Source: Eledone cirrhosa
Lineage: Eukaryota
Direction: 5' to 3'
Length of the DNA stretch: 64,000 bases
Assembly: GCA_964016885.1 (NCBI GenBank)
Contig: OZ024741.1
Span: 345,898,001-345,962,000, forward strand
The position numbers and the translations under genes are program-made. The notes beneath the pieces were generated by a model that was not told the DNA's origin, searched no databases, and worked only from the letters and a program-made list of their open reading frames with translations. Of the stretch, positions 1-10,865 are shown one piece after another (position 1 is the stretch's first letter; each line of letters begins with the position of its first letter).

Positions 1-566
1 TTTGCCTAAAATATTGCTAAAATATTTTGAGGCCTCATTGCAAGCTATTCCTTTGAAGGCATTGAAGAGGTGCAGTAAAAATGTTCCTCATTCTTGCATG
101 AAATAGAGCAATCCATTGGCTTTCTTTATTACATGTAATAATGAGCGTTTCGTGAGCGGAGCTCCTCCAGAGAATCATATATATTATCTCATCTCAGAAT
201 TTCTGATTAGTGGCAAGGTGAGGCTTGTCCAGAGGCATAGTATAAATATAGTGGATGAACAGAGCGAATGAGATATCTCTGCGTGTTCTACATTGCACGT
301 TCCAAACCTAAATTGCTAGTTATCACTTTTCCATGCGATGAAAACTGACCAGCTATGGTTGGGCTTCTGAGTTTCTTCTGCACAATCTGATGGAAATCTA
401 GTCTTCGTTATGTAGAGTGATGAATTGTTAAGAACTAGAGCTGAGAGTTTAAAACATACATATAATGTACACCCACACACAAGCAGTCACATACATTCGG
501 GCAAGCGCACACGCGCACACACACGCGCAAACACAAAAAATTAACCTTTTATGCATGAACAACAGA

Positions 567-567
<1 letters not shown>

Positions 568-649
<82 letters not shown>

Positions 650-680
650 CTTCTTCTTCTTCTTCTTCTTCTTCTTCTTC
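568..680. repeat. Compound microsatellite (TAC)n(TTC)n; the (GAA)n on the minus strand is probably the 3' tail of the adjacent RTE
   Basis: Directly visible triplet runs; they produce the poly-Y/F/L ORFs in the track. Confidence 0.95.
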
Positions 681-1145
681 ACCCACTTATTCTTGGAAGG
701 GTATCGGAACAGCGTCCTCAAGCACGCCTCCTAGCCGATCCTCTCAGAAACAACCGTCTCGAATTGATCAAGTGAGATCAGTCGAGTTCATGGATTTTAT
801 CCAACTCCCTTGTTCTGGGTATCTTGTCGGTTGACTTTACCTGTAAAATCTGTCCAGTGATTCTTTCCTGAGACATTCTAACCCCATGGCCGTAGTATCG
901 GAGATGTGATCTCTCAATTCGGAGAGTAGCGAGGCTACCTGGAGCGACTCTCTCATTAGCGAGTTTCGCACTCTATAGAGTAACTTTAATAGAAAGACCC
1001 TTCAGAGGAACCACCATTTCGGCCGCTTGTATTCGCGCTCGTAATCTTTTGATTATTGCCTAAGATTCATGTAGGGTAGGTATAAACACAGAATTGAAGA
1101 TAGCGTGTTTGGTTTTCAGATCTACTTCCGTTCTGGTGACTGAGT
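681..1145 (-). mobile_element. 5'-truncated, degenerate RTE-clade LINE 3' end
   Basis: Minus strand reads KTKHAIFNSVFIPTL..RARIQAAEM and LRYYGHGVRMSQER, typical of the RTE post-RT region, and ends in (GAA)n. Confidence 0.7.
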
Positions 1146-2329
1146 GCTGCTACTTTAAATGTAAACACATATTAGAACGTCACCAAGCTCAGGCGGTCAC
1201 TCGTACACATGCGTGATACTTCTGTAATTTCTTGGTAGTAGAATAAGGAATTAATAGGAATAAACTTGTTTTTGGTTAGTATGTGCAATGAAAAATATTA
1301 TTTACTATAACAGTTAGTTAATCTGCAAGATCTCTTTGTTTCGTGTTTAACAGCTATACCGTCATTCTGACCTAAATAAAAATTTATCGTTTACTTACAC
1401 ACGATAGGAGAAATGACAGTTTAATGTTAATCATTAGCAGTCTATTAAATGAAGACGCATCGGAATTATCATTATCGTCTTTGGAACAGTACCCAAAATA
1501 AACATTACTTAAAAGTTATTTTATTGCCAATTAGGACCTGAAGTAAAATAAAGTAATTTTAAAACCTGAACTCATAAATATTTCGTAAATTTTAACTCCA
1601 AGGTGGATTATGTCTAAAAGCTATATTTTATTGATAGTAACACCTTGCATGATTACATTGGAAAGTCCACAAAAATCTTGCTGTAAATTACTGTTCAGTG
1701 GTTGATGTAAAAAAATCGGTATATAGAGCTGTATCACTGCAATTTCTCATTTCTTATTGGGTCGTCAAATAGGAAATTTGTAGAAAAAAAAGAAATTTCT
1801 ACAAATTTCATACTTGACGGCTCAATATTGGCATTTGCTGTCCTCGTCATCGTCAATTTCATATCACGTTGTTCTTCCTATAAATTTCACATTTTGATAG
1901 CTTCTATCTGAACACAATACCCCAAAATCTATCACGATATCGTACGGATAATCCATGCACAAAGCCCCATTTCCTGGATGATTTGCCTCTCATGAAAGGA
2001 TTATTATCTTTACGCTTACATCTCGAGATTGGAATATAAAAGAAATTCTAGGCCAGCGTAATGGATTAATGGAAACCGTAGTGGAATCTCTTTCGGATCT
2101 TTGAGTTTGCTTATGAGTTCACTGCTACCAAGTTTCATCGACCTCTGTCTTTCCAAATCTGGTTTTCTATAAAAAAGTTTAATAATTATAAAACTTGCCC
2201 CACTCCGCATCGAAACATGTTATGCTTAAAAAAGGGACGTGCTCATCATTAATCTAACTTGAGCATAGCTGAAATTTCAATGTATATATACCCCCACCCC
2301 CCACAGAACCCCCCTCTCCACACATATAT

Positions 2330-2530
2330 ATAATGGCTGAGTGAATACGCACGTGTTTTTTCTACCAACCAATTTTTACCTTTCCTTCCTCTTCTTACTC
2401 TCTATTTTTCTATTTCCTTGTATCTTTCTCATTCTATCTCCTCTGATGAAGGACTAGTGTGTGAAACGTAAATATTCTTTTCCTACCATATCAAGCATTC
2501 AACTAATATATTTCCATATTTTACTTTGTC
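2330..2530 (+). mobile_element. Penelope-like pLTR fragment with a decayed hammerhead motif (about 2438-2475)
   Basis: CTGATGAAGGACTAGTGTGTGAAACGT is a decayed homologue of CTGATGAAGGACTAGCGTCCGAAACGTT at 34276-34311 (-). Confidence 0.55.
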
Positions 2531-2564
2531 ATTTACTTTGTTTTTTCTGTTTAAGTTTTGCACA

Positions 2565-2591
2565 GACGCACACGTTCACATACACGCCCCG

Positions 2592-2650
<59 letters not shown>

Positions 2651-2690
2651 CAAACAAACACACACAAACACACACACGCACACACGCACG

Positions 2691-2721
<31 letters not shown>

Positions 2722-2752
2722 ACACACATACACACACACACACGCACACACA
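2565..2752. repeat. (CA)n-rich microsatellite
   Basis: Direct inspection. Confidence 0.95.
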
Positions 2753-3031
2753 TAATTAGGAATGTTTTCCGAGGTTCAGCAAAAAGAACACACTCTTAAA
2801 TATTGTACTCAATACGTAAGGAAAGATGAGGCTAACTAAACACACACTTTGTTTCTCTTCTAACCCCTTTTTCCGTTTCATACTTTTCTCACTCTTGTAA
2901 ACTTCGCAACTTTAAGACGCGTTTCCTAGAATTTCAAGCGTTAAACTAATATATACTTTCATTGAACTGTATTGTTTCTGTGTGTTGTTGATCTGTTTAC
3001 ATTTCTCATTATTACAAATACAACCCCCCCC

Positions 3032-3083
<52 letters not shown>

Positions 3084-3099
3084 TTATTTAGTTTTGCTA

Positions 3100-3660
3100 T
3101 CGTAGGAATGACTTCAACAGGACGAGAACAGTTTTCTTTGGTTTTACACAAATAAAATGATGCCGTTAACACTCTCTTCCGGATGCTATAAGTGAGGAGT
3201 ATTTCCTTTCTTTTTCCTCTGTGGGTAGAGCCAAAAGCTTTTGAGAACAGTTTTACCTTTATAGGAAAGTCCTCACTGCCTGCTAAGATGAAGAGAGACT
3301 TCTTCCAAGCAGTTATAGCCTCAGTTTTACTGTATGGGAGCTTCACTTAGACATTGTCTAAGTGATTTGAAAGGAAGCTACATGGTATTTATATGTGAAT
3401 ACTCAGCACTTTTTGAATATATCCTGGCAAAAGCTTCCCACCAAACAACAACATTATGGACACCTAGTCCCTCTCTCTCAAGTCGTCAGGGAAAGAAGCA
3501 TGGGCTTTGCTGGATACTGCATGTGAGAACTACATTAACCAGCTTTGTGATGATGTAACGTACACTATACATTTTCCAAGAGCAACAGATGAACGAGATT
3601 GCCGGAAGGAGCGAGTCAGGGATATCCATACAATCAGCACAATCATATGATGATGTTGTC
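3100..3660 (+). mobile_element. Degenerate RTE-like LINE 3' fragment
   Basis: Reads MKRDFFQAVIASVLLYGS (RTE post-RT motif) and ends in a TGATGATG-like tail. Confidence 0.55.
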
Positions 3661-3705
3661 ATGTATGTAGCGAAACTATCATAACAGTATGAAAGTCAGA
3701 CTCAC

Positions 3706-3973
3706 ATAGTTATGATGTCATCGCTGTAAATAACTACGAGGAAATTGAGGAATATATTGATTTCAACTCAAATTGGCTGCATTAACTCTTCTCACTCTAA
3801 CCTAAACTCAACTCAACTGTGTTCTCAACTCTGTTCTGAGACGCTGGACAAGTGAGTTGGGCTGTGGCAGTCTGCCTTTTATAATAGACTGTCACAGCTC
3901 AGTTCATAGCACATCCAGGCTAGCAAAGTCAGATCTCAACACATTCACTGTATAATGTAAACACCTTATAACA
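3706..3973 (-). mobile_element. Possible solo LTR
   Basis: About 265 bp with near-inverted termini (TAGTTATG ... CTTATAACA) and an internal TTATAAAAGG TATA-like box on the minus strand; no target-site duplication seen. Confidence 0.3.
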
Positions 3974-5094
3974 TGTCCACACAAAAATGATATCAGTATA
4001 AACTTTGTTTCTTATAAATACTTCTGTTAATACAAAGCTTCCAAGGATTTGAACGTCATTTCAAATGTCAGGATATTGAATAAACAACTTATATTCATTT
4101 AACAGTTGTCTTAATTTTCTTCCGGTTGACAATTAGTGAATATCAAATTTAACGAGTATGAATCATAATCTTGCATTCTCCTCTGTCAACACATCTCATA
4201 ATTCATACCCGCTACATATATAACTTCATCTTATATAAGTAAATAACTTATACAATTATAAAGTTTAGTGTATTATGGATATGTTCGAGAAAAGAAATCG
4301 TAATTTACAAAGAACGTTATTCATTCCACAATGAAAACGAACGCATAACGATTTTTCGAAAAAATATATTTGCCTGTTTAACTCGACATAACGATTTTCA
4401 ATGAATTATCAACAAAACAAAGCAAATAATGATTTTTCTTGAAATAATTTTATCATTGAAATCATTGGAAAAACAAAAAGTTTTTTCTGTTTTTTTGAAG
4501 CCATAATTCTTTTTATTCAAGAGCTTTAAAAAATTCAATAAATTATGTTCATCGCGCTAATTCAATTGGGAAAATTCTAATTAAGTCAAATAACAACAGC
4601 TACTACAATAAAAAAGTCAAAACGAATAAGCAAAACAATTAGTAAATTCAATTAATCATTTATATATTGATTCTATTAATAAACATGAGTTTACTTGAAA
4701 AGTAAATGTGTACATCTACGTATCTACATAACTTCACACACCTTTACCGACACATAACATATAAAATATGTTCTATAAATGAAGCAGTATTTAACATGAA
4801 TTTATGATTAAGAACAAGAAATACTTCTGAGATATGGTGGAAACACATAAAAATACACTCACACACATATACAGAAGTTCATATATGCATATATATTTTA
4901 ATCATATTTCTATAACAAAGGCATATTACTGACGATAAAAATGATCATATCTCTGCTGTAAATATGAGATTTATATATGAAGTGATAAATGCATGTATGT
5001 ATATATGGATGCACACACACACACACACAAACGCTCACATACGAAAACACATATGTACGTATCTATTTATGTACGTATATATATATATATATTG

Positions 5095-5560
5095 TGTCAG
5101 GTCACTCTCGAGTGCTACTGGTAACATGTAACTCAGTAAACTCAGTACAACCTGTCTCATGGTCGGGTCGTCGGCGACTAAACCGGCAACTCTACCAAGC
5201 TAGCTTGGTAAGGAGGGCGATATTTAAACACCCTGCGGGATGAAATACAAGACCCGGCAAAAGGTGGGGGAACTTAGCACAGTCAACGGCCATCCAAATA
5301 GTAGTCTTTTTTTGTTCTTTTTTACACCTGGGACTGAAAGGCTCCCAGTTGTTGTCACAACCCTTTTCTAGGAGAGGGAAACTCTGAAAGAAAATCGGCC
5401 GCTTCGGAATCATCCGATGATGTTGACCAGTTTTCCTTTTCGGGTAGTGATTTCGATGCTCAGAGAGTGGGATTGGTCGATTGCAAGACCTTTCTCCACT
5501 TAAAAAACCTTCAAGACACAGGCATTGCTTGTTCAGGGTGTGTTACAGGTTTTTGTGACT
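5095..5560 (+). mobile_element. RTE-like structured 5' UTR fragment (homologue of 59910-60200)
   Basis: GTCAGGTCAC..GTGCTACTGGTAACATGTA..CAGTACAACCTGTCTCATGGTCGGGTCGTYGGCGACTAAACYGGCAAC is shared with the element at 59910, which ends in an RTE-like C2H2 tail. Confidence 0.6.
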
Positions 5561-5631
5561 GGCCGTAGCCTAAAAATGCACCAAACTCTATAATCTGACA
5601 AGGGATTGCAATACTCTTTGCAGAGTTCGCA

Positions 5632-5669
<38 letters not shown>

Positions 5670-5673
<4 letters not shown>

Positions 5674-6405
5674 AGTGGAAGCTTAGTAAAATCGAAGCTT
5701 TGGCTGTGGGCAAGCAAAGTCGACCTACAATAGGAATGAGTTAGCAAAGCACTCAATAAGGGTAGGTCCTTAGAGTAATAACATACGTTTAAATAGCTTG
5801 ACAAATTGAACATTGCGGTAGGCAAAACCCAACCCCACAATACCAAAGTAACGAAAGAACTAACAGGTTAAAAGTCACACCTGGAAAAATCAAACGATAT
5901 ACGTCTAAAGTGTTTCTATGAATACGAAATCATTTATCCAACTTACGTAACACGCAAGCTTGTGGCATTCCATGATCGAACAGAGGATTCATTTCATCAA
6001 CAGGGATTCCGTTCTGCCTCAAACCGGTGTGAACAAATAAAATGCGGCCGCTACATAATGCAGCCTTCGAATACTTCGTTGTCACGTGTTATTTCCAACA
6101 AGGGAAGCAACCATCGGTTTTTGGCGGGTAAATTCAAAGTGTTAACAAGGGAAATATTATAATTACCGCTCAAACATTCTGAATAAAAGCTCTCAACCAG
6201 ATGTTATTAAAAAAACACAAATAATTAACCAATCAACAGAATTGTCTAATTAAATTAATTAGTTAATTATTAAATCTAGGAGAAAATAATACAAGTAGAA
6301 GCTTAGTAAAATCGAATCTTTGGCTGTGGGTAAGCAAAGTCAACCTACAATATGAATGAGTTAGCAAAGCACTCAATAAGGGTAGGTCCTTAGAGTAATA
6401 ACATA
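5670..6405. mobile_element. (TA)n-flanked unit with 116-bp direct terminal repeats (5670-5785 / 6290-6405); probable Penelope pLTR derivative
   Basis: TACAAGTRGAAGCTTAGTAAAATCG...TAGAGTAATAACATA occurs twice with a few mismatches, and both ends abut (TA)n. Family assignment is inference. Confidence 0.6.
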
Positions 6406-6438
<33 letters not shown>

Positions 6439-6619
6439 TGGTTTTGAATTTGTTTTGCTAGATTTCTTATCTGAAAACGTGTGTTGAAATAGATATTGTT
6501 ATACTTTGGGAGGGTCATGCTGCCAATAAACACACATGCACCTGTTGGTTTTCACTTCAATTTATTATAAGTTTCCGGTTGACTGGTTGGTTCTATAACT
6601 AGAAGGTTGTTTATATATT

Positions 6620-6662
6620 ATCAAAGCTCTTTCATCACACATTGTGTGACGTCCTCAGCGAC
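6620..6662 (-). ncRNA. Minimal type I hammerhead ribozyme
   Basis: GTCG-CTGAGGA-C-GTCACAC(AAT)GTGTGAT-GAAA-GAGCTT-TGAT. Confidence 0.7.
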
Positions 6663-6896
6663 CAGGTTTTTTATTTTTTTTTATTTTGTGTCTCTCCTTT
6701 GTTCTGCCCCACACCATCTTGTTTCTGTCGATGAAATAAAGCACCAGTAACGCACTGGTGTCGATTTGATAGGCTCCCCCAAAAGAATTGTTGGACATAT
6801 ACCTAAATCAGGAACTCTTATTAATCAGATAACCAACCGATTGATCAACAAGATGGTGTAGGCCAGAACAAAGGAGTGACATAAAATAAATACATA

Positions 6897-6939
6897 GTCA
6901 CTGAGAAGGTCACACAATGTGTGACGAAAGAGCTTTGAC
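6897..6939 (+). ncRNA. Minimal type I hammerhead ribozyme, G8A mutated and probably inactive
   Basis: GTCA-CTGAGAA-G-GTCACAC(AAT)GTGTGAC-GAAA-GAGCTT-TGAC; stem I GTCA/TGAC. Confidence 0.6.
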
Positions 6940-7224
6940 AAAATATAAACAACATTCCGGTTATCGAACCAACCAACCAACCAAACGGAACCTTATAATA
7001 GATTGAAGTGAAAACCAACAGGTGTGTGTGTGTTTATTGGCAGCATGACCCTCCTAAAGTATAACAATATATATATATATATATAGTGAGAGAGAGATCC
7101 CGAGTTAAATCGGAGGTAACGACAGTTAAATGGGTACTCAATTAGTAGTGTGTAAATATCTGTTGCCAAAACAACATGCGCAGCAGTAGATTTTCAGTTG
7201 TCTTTTTTATATTATCAATCAGGT

Positions 7225-7445
7225 AAGGGCGGTGGATTGGGAGTTGGTAAAGCGACGGACAACATCCTTTGTGGCATATCGTTACGTCCCTTTACGTTCT
7301 GATTTCAAATCCCACCAAAGTTAGCTTTGTCTTTCATCCTTACGAGGTCGATGCCATAAAGTACCAGTAACGCACTGAGGTCGATTTGATAGTCCCCCCC
7401 AACAAAAAAATTCTTGGACATGTGCCTAAATCAGGAACCCTTATT
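7225..7445 (+). mobile_element. tRNA-derived octopus-type SINE
   Basis: B-box-like GATTTCAAATCCC plus the body CTTTCATCCTTACGAGGTCGAT..AAAGTACCAGT shared by more than 10 copies in the window. Confidence 0.8.
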
Positions 7446-7989
7446 AAACAGGTAACCCACCGATCGATCAACTGGGTAAATAACCAAATGCCTGCGTAAA
7501 CATAAAACATTCAGTGACCCTGGTAAAGACTTTTTGTACTATGTCTTCTCCATTCAATTTTGCCTTCAGCAAGCTCCAGTCCCTTTAACAAAATGTTTCT
7601 CTTTTCCCCGTCTCTCTGCAACGTGTGTGTGTGTGTGTTTGAGTATGTGATATCCGCATGTAGACAAGTGCGCGCGTCTGCGCATGCGTGTTGTCTGCTA
7701 TCTTTCTATACAGATTACCGATATTATTGTTGCGGTTAATTTTAATTCTATTATCTGTTAAATTTCTTGTTGCTATTCTTGTATCATTCTGTGTGTGAAT
7801 GCGTGTCTGCTTTCACTTATATATTGTCCCGGGAAATAACAAGACCCCAAACTATTGGTTGAAATATTTAACAGGGACAAATGGTGTATTTGTAAAAAAA
7901 AAAAAAAAAAATGAGGTTCTGAAAGAGCCGGAAAACAACCTGATTGGTTCACTAACGGGAAAACCATTCTGATTCCCCAAACTTCAGGC

Positions 7990-9110
7990 CCGTAACATTC
8001 TTTCCTCCTACATACAAATCTTTAACTGTAATAGTATCGTAGAAACTGATGAAGCAGTTAGCAAAGACAACCTGCTTCTAGAAAATCAAAAATAATTTTA
8101 CAAAGGCTCATATTTCGTAAATACCAGTTATTAATCAATAAAGCCATAAACGAAACTACAGAAAAAACAACGAAATACCTCAGCATGGCCTAGATTGACT
8201 ACCGGAAGGCGTTTGAGTGTTCCCCATACATAGATACGGAAAAAAACTAGCTTTGAATTAAATAGCATCAACAATAAAAGAACATTTATCAAGCATGCGA
8301 TGCGTAAATGGCTAAAAGTTCTGCAAATACAAACGAAGGAAGGAACTATAAAAACAGAGCCCATCCGAATCAACAGAGGGATATTTCAATGGCATACCCT
8401 ATCAACACTGTTTTCCCCTATTGCACTGACACCATTATCTGGGATACTAAACAGAACCGGATTAGAGTATAAATACTACAACAAGAATATTTACCATACC
8501 CTGTGTATGGATGATGTAAAGCTATATACTGCAGACGATAGACAACACGAAATACTAGCTACAGACAGTATATGGATTCACAAAATAATTAGGTTTGAGA
8601 TTTAGACTAGACAAAAGGGCCAAGGCAATGCTGAAGGGAACAAAATATGTTAAAGAGACTGAGATAAGAGAATTAGATGAAACACAGACATACAAATAAT
8701 TCAGAATCAACTAACTAGACAGGGTTCAACAGACACAGATGAAAAAATAAATGGAAAGGAATTCTACAGAGATTAGATTAACACTTAAAACAGAACTAAA
8801 TGCAAAGAATAAGGCAATTGAGATCAATACTATAGCGATCACAGTAATAAGCTACAGTTTTAATATTCTGAAATGGACACTACACGGAATCTACACGATC
8901 TACTAGGAATAAACAGAAAAAAAAACATGAACCATAATGACTGCATTTAAAATACACTATCCGAAATCAAATGTAGAAAGATTATACCTTCCAAGGACAC
9001 AATTAGGAATCTATAATAAAATAACCACTTTAGGACTACAAAAATATCTAACAAAGAACAAAGGAAAGTTAAAACAAATGACCATATGAATCGACAAAGA
9101 ACTCTACAAA
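7990..9110 (+). pseudogene. Degenerate R4/Dong-clade non-LTR reverse transcriptase fragment
   Basis: IRINRGIFQWHTLSTLFSPIALTPLS and LCMDDVKLY resemble GIFQGDSLSPLLF / LYMDDLKLY; many stops. Confidence 0.7.
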
Positions 9111-9586
9111 AATTCAGACACACACAGTATAAGCAAATAAGCGGTCACATTATATATAAAACGAGAAATAATTGCCTGAAAAATTTCGTGAAACCCTACA
9201 GAAGATATGTAGATAGGGACGCTTAACTACGTGGCGGTACCTATATGGCAGATAGACATAAAGATATACTTAATCACTGAGAGCGCACGAAAATTCATCC
9301 AGTAGTAGGTGTTATGATATCATGTGTATGTATATTATGTGTAAGGACATATGCACCCACTGAACAATTCACACTTTAGAAAAGTGAATTTGATCTCAGG
9401 TCTGCTATTCTTACTATCGAAAAGTTTAGCGCATATTCCAATATCTGATGCCGGCAATAAATTTTTTGGCAGCCATTGTTCTCGCTTTCCCTTCTTGTAC
9501 GTTGTTTCTTGCAAATTTTTCCTTCCTCTTTACTATCCTACCACTCTATATGCCTTTCCGTTAGACTTTATATTTATATTTATTTG

Positions 9587-9863
<277 letters not shown>

Positions 9864-9869
9864 TATATA

Positions 9870-10539
9870 CGCCCCGGAAGGGATCCTACGTGTTCAAGAT
9901 GCGAGCAGGACATTGAAACCGTCTTGCACGCAATTGTACACTGCCCGGGCGTAACCGATTTGTGGAGCTACGCAGAACAACTGCTGTCACGTATGGGACA
10001 AATCCAGTTGACTGCCGAGTCCATAGTAAGGATTAAACCGCCAGCCTCTTTCAAAAACGAAAGAGAGGCGGTTGTCCTCTGTACGGTGGCTATGGTGAAA
10101 GAAGTTATATGGTGGACGAGATTGAGAGGACTGAGGACAGATGCCTTTCTCTCCGGACAACAATTCATTCCCTTCTTTAGGTACCACTTTAGAAGGAAAA
10201 TCAGAGTGGAGAAAAAGGTACTGCACCCCAGTAAATTTACTGAAAGGTGGGTTAATGTAGCAAAAATGGCCCTAGTGATTGGGCCTTCTCTGTGTATAAA
10301 CCTGTAGGTTGAAGATGAGAGCAAAAGGAAGAAAGGAGCACTTACACAACACGCTCCTGGATTTGAGGGTTGTTCTATCTACGGGTATTAAACTCATTTG
10401 TAACGCCTCCCCCTATTGGGGATTTCGATTATTGAATTTGTTTTTAAAAACAATTTTTTTTACACGATTGTATGTAAAATCCCCGGCATGTCCTTCTATT
10501 GTCCCTTTTTCTTGTGAGCCCTTGTAACAAATAAAAAAA
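9870..10539 (+). mobile_element. Tx1/L1-clade LINE copy A, 5'-truncated (ORF2 C-terminus to stop at 10307 plus 3' UTR)
   Basis: C..CEQDIETVLHAIVHC zinc-finger region closely similar to copy C; ends AATAAAAAAA then (TCTA)n. Confidence 0.9.
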
Positions 10540-10554
10540 TCCATCTATCTATCC

Positions 10555-10633
<79 letters not shown>

Positions 10634-10639
10634 AATCTA
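10540..10639. repeat. (TCTA)n spacer between Tx1 copies A and B
   Basis: Direct inspection. Confidence 0.97.
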
Positions 10640-10865
10640 GCTGTCGTCTGTTCTACAGTGTGGATGTCATTCACTTCGCGCAGAAGTTTTGTTCAAATTT
10701 ATTGAGGAAATTTTGTGAGTTCAAACTTAATTTTGATACAATTGTGTAGCTTGACCCCCCGTCTGAACTGTCAGGCGGTGGGTCAGCTCATCTTTACCCC
10801 TCCTAGAGGTGAAAAACCTGTTTTAAAAAATTTTGTGGCAAAAAAATTTCAATCGTCTAACAGAA

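Larger units (their letters stand above)
6438..7070. mobile_element. Penelope-like fold-back insertion (inverted pLTR arms 6493-6723 / 6847-7070 plus 55-nt tail 6438-6492)
   Basis: The arms are diverged reverse complements, each carries a hammerhead motif, and the unit is flanked by (TA)n. Confidence 0.75.

Noticed and set aside
5962-6010. TTGATGA..TCATGGAAT hammerhead-like string on the minus strand
   Set aside because: GAAA, stem III and stem I cannot be formed.
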